Positions 24,112-33,385 of a stretch of 64,000 nucleotides of DNA are shown one piece after another; position 1 is the stretch's first letter, and each line of letters starts with the position of its first letter. The position numbers and the translations under genes were made by a program. The notes beneath the pieces were generated by a model, which saw only the letters and a program-made list of their open reading frames with translations, did not search any database and had not been told where the DNA came from. The stretch comes from Macrostomum hystrix (lineage: Eukaryota; Animalia; Platyhelminthes): assembly GCA_950097015.1 (NCBI GenBank), contig CATNEN010000002.1:2356001-2420000 (forward strand), read 5' to 3'.

Positions 24112-24351
24112 TCAACCGACGACCTTCCTGATGAAGCGCCTGCGGAATCCGGCCCTCTTCAGGTAGCGCTTGACCTTGCGCTTCAGGCGGCTCTTGGCCT
24201 CCAGTCCCAGCGGGGTGTCCTCGATCTCGCTGGCCTGCTGCAGCTCGGCCAGGTCCGACAGCAGCTCCTCATCGGACTCGGGGGCAGCCGGTCCGGCCAT
24301 CACGGCGACGGCCACACAGACGAACAGGAAGGCGGCGACTTGCCACTTCAT
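24112..24351 (-). CDS. 79-aa secreted precursor: signal peptide + acidic propiece + highly cationic C-terminal peptide (candidate antimicrobial peptide)
   Basis: MKWQVAAFLFVCVAVAVMAG | PAAPESDEELLSDLAELQQASEIEDTPLGLEAK | SRLKRKVKRYLKRAGFRRRFIRKVVG*. The last 26 aa contain 13 K/R and no D/E; terminal Gly; TATAAA about 100 nt upstream. Confidence 0.75.
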   Translation of the reverse strand: MKWQVAAFLFVCVAVAVMAGPAAPESDEELLSDLAELQQASEIEDTPLGLEAKSRLKRKVKRYLKRAGFRRRFIRKVVG

Positions 24352-24452
24352 TGTGCTTGGTTGCAGAGAGACTGTGAGCTTGCAGAAGGCTTTCGAGTTG
24401 CTGTTTACTCCCTTGGTTGAAGAAGATCTGGACTGCTCAAAGCTCACTTTAA

Positions 24453-24458
24453 TTTATA
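24453..24458 (-). promoter_or_regulatory. TATA box upstream of the cationic peptide gene
   Basis: TATAAA on the minus strand, about 100 nt upstream of the ATG at 24351. Confidence 0.5.
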
Positions 24459-24959
24459 GACCATTTTTAGCACGTTTTTCGTCAACCCGAATGTCGCTGC
24501 ATACTTTGCTCGTTGTGGGTGGCGGCATGTGCTTCTGGGGCGGTTGTTGATGGGTGCGGTCGCTTGCAGGCAATTCACTCCTGAATAATTTTCTTCGAGT
24601 GAGAAGCTTTGTTTGCACATGACTGAGTTGGACTCAAACTGCATTGTGCACTTTGGGTGGCCAATGACACTGAAAACTTTGCGAATCTTTTTTTCTATTA
24701 TCTCTGAACAAACCAAACGGAATGGCTTGACATGCATTGGAAAACGGCAAAAGCTGCTTGGTTTGTTTGCCATCTTGTTCTGGAAAATTCTGGCTTCGGT
24801 CTAAAAGCAAAGATGCCAACGGGAATTCGAAAGGAGTCATGACTTTTTGCGAAGACAATCGACCACGAGTCAAATTAAAAATCAGTTCAATGCCTGTGTT
24901 TGTCTTAACACACTTAACAGCCAGGACAGTAGTTTCCTCCGAAACAAGTGAATAATATA

Positions 24960-25350
24960 TACTCATCAACAGCTAAAACCCCCCCAACTCACGCTGTCAC
25001 ACGGGCACAAAAGTTAAGCAATGTCTTTAATTCTAGTCTCAGTATCGTGTGTAGGAACCACGAGCATGCAAAAGTGCCGTGACTCGTGGCATCCTGATCA
25101 CCAGCCGGTTGATGAACTCTTGGGGCAGCTGCTGCCAGGCATTCAGCACTGCCAGTCGCAACTGTTCAGCATTCTTTGGGGCATCCTGCTGAACTCTTCG
25201 CTTTACAAAGTCCCAGACATGCTCGATGGGGTTCATGTCTGGAGACTTTGACGGCCAGTTCAATGTGCGAATGCCGAGCTGCTCCTTCAGCAGCTGCACG
25301 TGTGCTGCTCGATGTGGCGCAGCGTTGTCGTCTTGAAGCATGCAGTTCTG
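24960..25350 (-). mobile_element. Tc1 transposon remnant (C-terminal transposase fragment)
   Basis: LQDDNAAPH...WPSKSPDMNPIEHVW...LHARGSYTRY*, paralogous to the ORF at 21053-22090. The 5' part is missing; a TIR-like TA|TACTCATCAAC sits at about 24958. Confidence 0.85.
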
Positions 25351-25600
25351 CGGTTGATTTGCACCCTCCTCTTTAACTACTGATGGTTTACCATTGCGCA
25401 ATGCAGCCACCAGTGGGTTGAGTTGCGCCACCCCCTCCCCAAATCCCCCATGCCGCACTTTGCGATCGCGTCTGGCGGCGGCAGCCTTCACACATTTCTG
25501 AGTCACCGATGGCATACAAAACTTTTGGGCCGTGTGACAGCGGGAGTTGGGGGGATTTAGCTGTTGCTGAGTATATATTGACTGAAAATCCAAATCAATG

Positions 25601-25940
25601 TGGGTTTCCGGCAGAGCGGTTAACGCGGTGTTTGCCTCTCGTGCCAAGGTCCCTAGCTGATCTCGATTTAGGGACATTGAATCAAGACTAAATTCATTTT
25701 GGTGCGGCCGCGAAGAGAGGGCTTGGGGTCTTGACGAGCTCTCGAGGGCCTCCAAGGCAGTGAGAGTGTACACTGCCTGACGATAAAAAAGTCAGGGCAG
25801 ATGTACACACCCTGTGTGAGTATCTGTGTACAGTATCTGTTTGCGTGTGTGCTCAGGAGTCAGTGAAATGGGCAGAATTGCCGCCTGGCTGGCTGCGGGT
25901 CTAGTGTCACCAAATGATGTGCCATTGCCCACAGGCCTCA
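25601..25940 (+). mobile_element. tRNA-derived SINE family 1 copy
   Basis: Same head, body and tail as the 23098 copy. Confidence 0.8.
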
Positions 25941-26073
25941 TTTAATCTTGAGTACTATTATTATTATATTAAATAATACAACCCGGCATGCATCTCAAGC
26001 TAAAATGCAAGCAGTTTAATGAGGCAGTTTAGTGTGCCTCACGTTGATATTAAGATCATCGCATCCTTGTACC

Positions 26074-26740
26074 TGTTGTACCTGTGGTAGCGTGGCACAC
26101 ACAATTGGTAAAAATAACCAAGACAGGAACTAGATTCCGAGAGAGAGAGTATCCGGCCTCACACTCAGATGCTTCCTAGCAGAGGAACAATCCGGTAGTC
26201 AGGCTTAGACAGCTAAGTTCTCTCGGGACTTCTTCTACCTAGTCCACGTTCTAGCCAAACTCACAGATCTTATGCTAGATCGGGTGACACACCAAGCTTC
26301 TAAATGCAGTGTGTGACCTAGACCAACAAGAATCGTCTAAGATCTTTAGAGAGCCAAAAGAATGGACACAGAAAGTAATCACAAACTGTTCCGAGCGGCA
26401 TGAAGACTGGAGACAAGAAACGTGCATATTCGTACAGAAGTCGTGCTACCATGATAACAACACCATCTCAAGGATTCGTCGGACTGTGCTCTACTTATAG
26501 TAGGAGCATTTGAGCGTTGTTATGCCAGTCTTCTTCCGAACTTAAGCGATTGCACCATGGTGTGCAATGTGACTCAGTGCGCAGACAGAGCTGGAACGAG
26601 AGAACGCGAGAGGAGGGGGGTGGCGAGCGGAAGTGACAGTGCACGGGAAACACTAACTACCAACCCTAGCCCTCCCACAGACCTAGAACAGCCTGACTCA
26701 CAGATTGCCTGGAGGCTGCTCAGCAGTCTACAGCACATCA
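26074..26740 (-). repeat. 3' LTR (667 bp)
   Basis: Direct repeat of 34554-35220; no differences seen by eye. Confidence 0.97.
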
Positions 26741-26750
26741 TTCTCCTCCA
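26741..26750 (-). other. Polypurine tract
   Basis: Minus-strand TGGAGGAGAA immediately 5' of the 3' LTR. Confidence 0.7.
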
Positions 26751-27168
26751 GCTAAAGGATGACGGTCAACACCGGCTGGCCGTCAGCCGCACTTAAACCA
26801 AAATCAGGTAAGCACTTTATATTTATTCCATCCATCATGGCGCACCAAATTAAAAGAAACAACTATAACTAATAACCAGCATAGTAGCTACAAAGTGGAG
26901 CACACATAACACCGAAATCTTGTCACAATGTCGCGAAGGCGCACAAAAAAGAAGTTACCATGCGCACCAGTGTACAAACAACCTTGCAGCTAAGACATGA
27001 GCACTTGAGCAGAAAATAAAAAACAGCTGGCAATAAGGAATCGCATAACAAACAGTAGATTGTGTTTTCACTACTTCAACGAGATCCATGATCTGGATAA
27101 CAATGATGCTCTTGTCTTATAACCTGGATAAAATATCAAACCCACAGGTCAGGTCGCCCGAATTTGGT

Positions 27169-28074
27169 TCACGGAGCTTGGGCCATCCTCATCAGGGCTT
27201 CTGGCAGCCACCATTCTTCCACTAGTTCGATCGCCACTTGCCCGAAGCGTGCTAGTAGCAAGTGCGGCGCCATCGCCGGTCCGCCGACCAATACTTCGGC
27301 CCTGGCTGCCGCTTCGTGGGCCATCTCTCTGCGTGTGGCCTTGTCTTCACTGGCGAAGGCTTGGTGGACCTCTGCCGGCCACCCGTAGTCCTGTTCGCCT
27401 CGTGCCGCCCTCGCCAAAGCCTGTGCTACCTCGAAGACAGCGTGCTGCCGAGCTGGTGTCCGCAGACCCCACTGTGCCCGTCGCTGCCTTCGGCGTTGGG
27501 CGCCGCCCCGCCGTCTTCTCGGCCTGACACCTGCCTCCGCCTCCCCTTGGCTATCACTAGAGGTTGAGGCCTGGGGTGGCAGCCATAGCTGTGGTGGCGG
27601 TGCTGCTGGCCCTTCGGCTACTGGCAACTCCTCAGGCGAATCCGGGTCGGATAACCCTTCATCTTCTGAGGGCATGCCCTCTAGTAGCGCTGCCCACAGA
27701 TCTTCTTGTGGGTCAACCTGGGCCTCGTTTGACCCACTACTGCTGGAGCTAGAGACAGGCCTCCGTACCTGGACGCTGGCCTCTGTCGTGGTAGGAGCCA
27801 CTTGCACCGCTTTACATTTCTTTTTGGGTGGCGCATTTCCTGCCTCACTAGCCGGTCGCTTGAGTAACTGCTGCGAACGGGGGAGTGAGGGCATGAACTT
27901 TTTGTGCCAATCCGGCGGGCGCTGACCCAGTGGAAAGGGCGCACCTCTGCCAAATTGACCCCTTAAAATCTCTATTCTTACCTCTAACGGCGCACCCACT
28001 CTGCGGACGCTGCCCATCAGGCGGGGACGCGTCGGCTGTCTTCCTTCTGGCGCATCATTTTCTTTGTTCTCCAT
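27169..28074 (-). CDS. Gypsy ORF3, 301 aa, unknown function (not env-like)
   Basis: Intact ATG-started ORF between pol and the 3' LTR, same strand. No signal peptide or TM. Contains an NLS-like KRPASEAGNAPPKKKCK, an acidic region and Arg-rich RPRRRRGGAQRRRQRRAQW. Confidence 0.7.
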   Translation of the reverse strand: MENKENDAPEGRQPTRPRLMGSVRRVGAPLEVRIEILRGQFGRGAPFPLGQRPPDWHKKFMPSLPRSQQLLKRPASEAGNAPPKKKCKAVQVAPTTTEASVQVRRPVSSSSSSGSNEAQVDPQEDLWAALLEGMPSEDEGLSDPDSPEELPVAEGPAAPPPQLWLPPQASTSSDSQGEAEAGVRPRRRRGGAQRRRQRRAQWGLRTPARQHAVFEVAQALARAARGEQDYGWPAEVHQAFASEDKATRREMAHEAAARAEVLVGGPAMAPHLLLARFGQVAIELVEEWWLPEALMRMAQAP

Positions 28075-28150
28075 CTTTTCTCTTTTTGCTTTCGCTACTT
28101 CTTATTCTATCTCTCTGAGGCGTCTTCTCCGAGCAGATTCGGACAGGAGA

Positions 28151-31100
28151 TCACTGAAACATCGTAGGTAGGCCATACATTGCTCTGATGAAATAGGATT
28201 TCCTGCTAGGATCGACCTGCAGCCTTTCCGGCTCTCGCCTAACTCTTTGCGGCCTCTGCTGCGGCTCCTGATCCCTAGCTCCACCTACCTGAGCAGCCTC
28301 ACCTACATCTTCGGCCCTAACACTTTCTGCAACTTCCCCGTGCACAGAGGATGGGATAGGGGACAGGGTTGGAGAGGGCAACGGACTGTCCGACGGCAGG
28401 ACAACCACATCACCATACGCCTCCCCCGCCTCTTCTCCGTTGCAGATCTCTGGACCGGCCGGTTCGTGGAGATTCGGCTTGGAAACAACTCGTGGTCGCA
28501 GGTGCCACCTTCGAGCGCTCCACAGGCCGATCTCGTCGTCGTCGTCGTCGTCGTCGTCGCTGTCGGCAGGCTCACCGGCCGCGTCAGCTACTGGAGGGCT
28601 ACCCTTGGGTGGCCTTCCGAGCTTCCGCCGTGCCGGGTTCGCCTCTTCCGTCCTGTCGCATATTGAGGCCGGTACCGGGAGCAGGTTGCGCCGGTGGACT
28701 ACCAGCACCTGCTTCCTGGCCTTCCTGGTGTTGCCGTGTCGCCTGATCTTGTACACCGTTTCGCCCTTACACTCGAGCACTACGTAGACCGATTGTCTAG
28801 GCCGATGGAATTTGCTGATCTCGCCGGATTCGATCACCGGGTTGTTAAGCAGGACCAGCTGGCCTGGGCGGAGTGGTCTCGCCTGCGGTCTTTCTTGGTA
28901 GTGTTCTTCTCGCAGCACCTGGTACCTCTCGAGCTTGTCCCGGGCACAATTGACCGCCTGGTCTATGCGCTCCTGGAAATGTCGGAGATAATCTGGCAGG
29001 TCTGCGTACTCGGCCAGCGCAGTCAACGTGTTGTCTACGGGCAGCCGGTACTCCCGTCCGAAGACCAGGAAGTACGGCGTGTACCCGGTCACAGGGTGGA
29101 CACTGGTGCGCAACGCGATTAAGCACGCGGGCAGCATCAGGTCCCAATCCTTATGATCCTTTTCCAACAAGCACGTGAGCACTGACTTGATTTGGCGATT
29201 CAGGTTTTCGACCTGGCCATTGCTGGCCGGGTTATAGGGACACGTGTGCGTGTGGCGGATGCCATACAGCTTGCAGAAGTCCTCAAACTCTGCACTCATG
29301 AAGTTCGTCCCCTGGTCCGTGTGCAGCCAGGCTGGTGCACCGTACTCGGGAATGAACCTATCCAGCAGCAGTTTGATCACGGTTTTCGTCTTCTGGTTTC
29401 GCATCGGGTAGGCAAACGGGTACTTCGATGTTGCATCACACAGGGTGAGGATGTACCGATGTCCTCGGGCACTTGGTTGAGACAAAGGCCCGATTACGTC
29501 GGCGTGCACCCTTCCCAAAACCTCACACACTGGATAGCTCTGCGGTGGGACTATCTCCTTCCGCCTTGTCTTGCTCTCCAGGCATGTCCTGCAACGTGCC
29601 ACGTACCCCGTCGCCTCCGACCAGAGACCGGGTCTCCAGAACCTGTCTCTCACTCTCTGCACCGTCTTGGACTGGCCAAGATGACCCGCCAAGGGCGAAT
29701 CATGCAAGGCCTCAAAGACGCGCGAGTCTAATGCTTTCGGTAGCACCGGTCGCGGCGGCCGGTTGTCATCAAAGTCTATGACGAGCAACCCGTCGCGCAC
29801 CTCCAGCTCCTCAAATGCACCCAGGAGGTCTCTGACCTCTTTCGGCATCTGGAGTCGCTGATCGAACCTGGGCTTGTCCTTTCCTGACAGCTTCAGTTCC
29901 GTCAGGTATCGGATTGCCGGATCTTGGTGCTGAGCTTCTAGCAACTCGACCTGGCTAACCGGCACCCTCAGGAACTCTGTCACCACTGCTCTTACCGGAG
30001 GCAGCTCTCCACTGTCCTTGTCCTCCTTGTCCTTGGACCCAGGAGCCCTGGCAGCAGGGGGTGTCCTTGACAGGCGAGACTGGTCGCAACGAGTCTGACA
30101 ACTCCCCTCCACCTCTGCTCCCTGTCCCACGGAGAGACCAACAGTCGGCAGGCAGGACTGGCTGCAACGAGCTAACTGCTGATCCTCCTGACCCGAGGAC
30201 CTTGACACAGCGGGATTAGTCGCTCGCAGGCAGGACTGGCTGCAACGAGCCAGCGACTTCTCCCCTGTTTCCGAGAACTCCTCAACAGCAGGATTCGGCG
30301 TCTGCAGGCAGGACTGGCTGCAACGAGCGGACACCTCCTCCTCTGTCTCCGGACACACCAGAGGTTCCGGATCTGGCGCCTGCAGGCAGGACTGGCTGCA
30401 ACGAGCGGGCACCTTCTCCTTCACCTCTGAGCCTTCCGCCACCACCTGAGTTTGCACCTGTGCCTTGGCATCACAGCCCCGCACCCAGTGCTCCTCCCTT
30501 GTGGCTCCCTGGCTCCAGCTACCTTCAGTAGCTACCGTCTGCACGGCGGCGTCCACAGTCTGCAGGCAGAACTGGCTGCAACGAGCTGACTGCGGGGCCC
30601 CGTTGACAGGTGCTTCCCGCCTCACAGGCTGGCCTGCGGTCGTGTCTTCCTGACACCCTTGCAGCACCGCCTTATCTTGGCGCACCTCGACAGGCTCCAG
30701 GACCGGCTCTTCCACCAGTCCTTCAGACACAGCTGCTTCCCATCCTGGTCGGCCGTCAACGACATCTTGAGCCTTGGGTTTCACAGCTCGCAGTGGCTCT
30801 GCGGCTTCGTTGACTTCAACCTGTTTATTGTCCCCTTCCTGTCCCTCCTCCAGCTGACTCGAAAATTGGCGGGTGCAAGCACTCGCACCGAACTGGTTGT
30901 GGGGTGTCACCACCCCAAAAGAACAATTCACCGGGTTATCCGGCTTTCTCGACATCGAGTCAGCATTTTGGTGAGACTTTCCAGGACGATGAACAATGGT
31001 GAAGTCAAACTCACTCATTCTCTCAACCCAACGGCCTAGGATGCCTGTCGCCTCGGTCTGATGCATGAGCCACAGCAGGGCCTTGTGATCGGACCGGACA

Positions 31101-33385
31101 ACAAACTTCTTGCCAACCAGGAAGTACCGGAAATGCCGCATCGCATCTACGACTGCCAGCAATTCTTTGCGGGTCGTAGTGTAGCGGGTCTCCGGCCCTC
31201 GCAGCTTCCGGCTGTAGTAGCCAACAGGCCTTTCTACTCCATCAGACTGCAGCTGATTCAAACAAGCCCCTATGCGGTCATCAGAGGCATCTGTGTCCAG
31301 GACGAAAGTCACCTTCGGGTCAGAGGTGTACTCCGGGTACGCCAGTACCTCCGTTGAGCACAACGCATCCTTCAATCCCTGAAAGGCTCTCTCATGCTCT
31401 GTCTTCCACAGACCCTTCAAGCTGGTAACGTCCCGCTTAGTGAGCTCGTGCAATGGTGCTGCAATCCCTGAGTAATTGCGGACGAACTTCTTGTAGTACT
31501 GTGCCAACCCCAAGAAGCTGCGCAATTCTTTGGCGCTTCGAGGTGTCGGCCAGCCTCTGAGCTCGGCGATCTTATCCTCGTTCGTCAGGATGCCTTCTGG
31601 TGTCACCACATGGCCTAAGTAGTGCAGCTCCCTCTTGAACAGGTGGCACTTCTTCGGCTTCAGCTTGAACTGGGCTTCACGGATTCGCGTCAGCATCATC
31701 CTCAGATGCTCCAAATGGTCGTCAAAGGTAGGCGAGTGGACGAGTATATCATCGATATACCCCAACGCTACCTTTGGCGTCAGCCCCTCCAGCAGCTTGT
31801 TGATACAGCGCTGAAAAGACCCTGCCGAATCCGTCATGCCCATCGGCAACACAGTAAACTCAAACTGACCTCTGTGGTGAACCGAGAACGCGGTCAGGTG
31901 TCTATCCTGCTCTCTCAGCGGGATCTGCCAGAAACCTTGTGCAAGATCGAGGGCGGAATAGTACTGCGCCCCTCTCAAATGCTCAAAGGTCTGCTGAATG
32001 TCTGGCAGCGGATAGACGTGCTTCAGGCAGCGGCTATTCAACTCGCGATAGTCTAAGACAATCCTGATAGTCTTGTCTTTCTTAGGGACAATCAGGAGAG
32101 GCGTGTTGTAGCTGGAGAATGTCGGCTTGATGATGCCTTTCGCCAACATCTCATCCAGCATCTTGTCCAACTGTTCCATCAAGTGAGGCGGGATCCTCCT
32201 CGGTGGAATGCGAACTGGAGTGGGATCTGTCACAATGATCTCATGAGTGACTAAGTCAGTGACACCATGGTCCAGGGGATGCATTGCGAATGCCTCGCGG
32301 CACTCTCTCAACATCTCCTTAACCCGATGCCTCTGCTCCTCGGTCAACCTCTCACAAATCTCCACCTCCTCTAGCCATGCCTCATCGCTCTCCAGCCCTT
32401 CTGCCTGAACCTGCCTGACCGGCGTCTCCTCTAGCTCTGGTAGGTATTCCAGTTCGTCGGCCTTCAGTGGCCTCGCTAGCCCTACAAGACCATTGCGTCG
32501 AATAACCGCCGGGAAGCAAGAGGTATTGATGACTTCAACACACCCTGTCCCGTCAGCCATCGTCAGCAATGTCGGGGCCATCTCGACCTGAGACGCCCCT
32601 GGCTTCAGTCCTGACCTCAAGGACTCAACAAGCAGCGGCGTGCCGTGACAGTCAGTCCGGCCACCCGCTAGCTTCACCGCTACGAGCATCGAAGAGCGCG
32701 CTGGCACAGTGGTCTGCTCGAGTGAGTAAACCCGACTGGCCCTCGCCTCTCGCCTCGTGAACCTCAGCGGCACTCTGGTTCCTGACTTCATGGTCAGCAT
32801 CCCCTTCGGAAAGTCAATCTTCTGGGTGTGCTGGCGCATGAAATCGATTCCTAGGATGTTCTCGTGCTCGCCTTTCGTCACGCAGAACTCGACGTCTACA
32901 GCGTAGTCGCCGAGCCTGACCTCAAAGGCGACTCGCCCTAAAACCGGCAATCGAGAACCATCAAAGTTGCACAGGGCACTCTCTCCTGTCAGCACAGCGT
33001 GCGGCACTACATGCCGCAGAGATGCCCACGTCTCACTTCCAATCAGACAGCGCCTGCTCCCTGAGTCTAGGAGAAAAGGCACCGTCTTCTTGGAAACCAT
33101 CGCCGTCACATAGGGGTCAGCGTTGGAGGCATACCAACGCTCGAGGAAGCTGGTGCTAGGAGAGCCCCTACCCTCTCCTCCAGCTGACTCCTCAGTCTCC
33201 CTCAGGCCCGTCCAGGAACTGGACTGCGAGGGGCACTGCCGTCCGTGCTCCTCGCCGTCCCGTTTCCCGACGTCTGAGTGCCTTGGGCCTGCAGCTCGGA
33301 CTGCTGCCTGGGCTCTTGCCGTTGCTCTCTCGGGTACCCCCGAGTGTGGTGCTCGTAACGCGGCTTGGGTGGCCTCGTCGGGCAA
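28151..33385 (-). CDS. pol: Gypsy Pol polyprotein (protease, RT, RNase H, Cys-repeat spacer, integrase)
   Basis: FLLDSGS (PR), YIDD (RT), LDTDAS (RH), H-x6-H...CRTC zinc finger, HADVIGP / HTDQG / GQVEN integrase core. 1744 codons open, in the -1 frame relative to gag. Confidence 0.96.
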   Translation of the reverse strand: MPDEATQAALRAPHSGVPERATARAQAAVRAAGPRHSDVGKRDGEEHGRQCPSQSSSWTGLRETEESAGGEGRGSPSTSFLERWYASNADPYVTAMVSKKTVPFLLDSGSRRCLIGSETWASLRHVVPHAVLTGESALCNFDGSRLPVLGRVAFEVRLGDYAVDVEFCVTKGEHENILGIDFMRQHTQKIDFPKGMLTMKSGTRVPLRFTRREARASRVYSLEQTTVPARSSMLVAVKLAGGRTDCHGTPLLVESLRSGLKPGASQVEMAPTLLTMADGTGCVEVINTSCFPAVIRRNGLVGLARPLKADELEYLPELEETPVRQVQAEGLESDEAWLEEVEICERLTEEQRHRVKEMLRECREAFAMHPLDHGVTDLVTHEIIVTDPTPVRIPPRRIPPHLMEQLDKMLDEMLAKGIIKPTFSSYNTPLLIVPKKDKTIRIVLDYRELNSRCLKHVYPLPDIQQTFEHLRGAQYYSALDLAQGFWQIPLREQDRHLTAFSVHHRGQFEFTVLPMGMTDSAGSFQRCINKLLEGLTPKVALGYIDDILVHSPTFDDHLEHLRMMLTRIREAQFKLKPKKCHLFKRELHYLGHVVTPEGILTNEDKIAELRGWPTPRSAKELRSFLGLAQYYKKFVRNYSGIAAPLHELTKRDVTSLKGLWKTEHERAFQGLKDALCSTEVLAYPEYTSDPKVTFVLDTDASDDRIGACLNQLQSDGVERPVGYYSRKLRGPETRYTTTRKELLAVVDAMRHFRYFLVGKKFVVRSDHKALLWLMHQTEATGILGRWVERMSEFDFTIVHRPGKSHQNADSMSRKPDNPVNCSFGVVTPHNQFGASACTRQFSSQLEEGQEGDNKQVEVNEAAEPLRAVKPKAQDVVDGRPGWEAAVSEGLVEEPVLEPVEVRQDKAVLQGCQEDTTAGQPVRREAPVNGAPQSARCSQFCLQTVDAAVQTVATEGSWSQGATREEHWVRGCDAKAQVQTQVVAEGSEVKEKVPARCSQSCLQAPDPEPLVCPETEEEVSARCSQSCLQTPNPAVEEFSETGEKSLARCSQSCLRATNPAVSRSSGQEDQQLARCSQSCLPTVGLSVGQGAEVEGSCQTRCDQSRLSRTPPAARAPGSKDKEDKDSGELPPVRAVVTEFLRVPVSQVELLEAQHQDPAIRYLTELKLSGKDKPRFDQRLQMPKEVRDLLGAFEELEVRDGLLVIDFDDNRPPRPVLPKALDSRVFEALHDSPLAGHLGQSKTVQRVRDRFWRPGLWSEATGYVARCRTCLESKTRRKEIVPPQSYPVCEVLGRVHADVIGPLSQPSARGHRYILTLCDATSKYPFAYPMRNQKTKTVIKLLLDRFIPEYGAPAWLHTDQGTNFMSAEFEDFCKLYGIRHTHTCPYNPASNGQVENLNRQIKSVLTCLLEKDHKDWDLMLPACLIALRTSVHPVTGYTPYFLVFGREYRLPVDNTLTALAEYADLPDYLRHFQERIDQAVNCARDKLERYQVLREEHYQERPQARPLRPGQLVLLNNPVIESGEISKFHRPRQSVYVVLECKGETVYKIRRHGNTRKARKQVLVVHRRNLLPVPASICDRTEEANPARRKLGRPPKGSPPVADAAGEPADSDDDDDDDDEIGLWSARRWHLRPRVVSKPNLHEPAGPEICNGEEAGEAYGDVVVLPSDSPLPSPTLSPIPSSVHGEVAESVRAEDVGEAAQVGGARDQEPQQRPQRVRREPERLQVDPSRKSYFIRAMYGLPTMFQ

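Noticed and set aside
25360-25773. N-terminal half of the 244-aa ORF at 25039-25773 as transposase
   Set aside because: It reads through antisense SINE and unrelated DNA; only the C-terminal ~105 aa are Tc1-like.
25777-25800. Hammerhead ribozyme core in the SINE (CTGACGA...GAAA)
   Set aside because: Only about 3 nt separate CUGANGA and GAAA in the best copies, too few for stem II; CTGAC simply pairs with GTCAG as a hairpin.
26309-26796. Short ORFs inside the LTR (duplicated at 34789-35228)
   Set aside because: Antisense to the element, short, no motifs; their duplication only reflects LTR identity.
27169-28074. env gene
   Set aside because: No signal peptide, furin-site/fusion-peptide arrangement or TM anchor.
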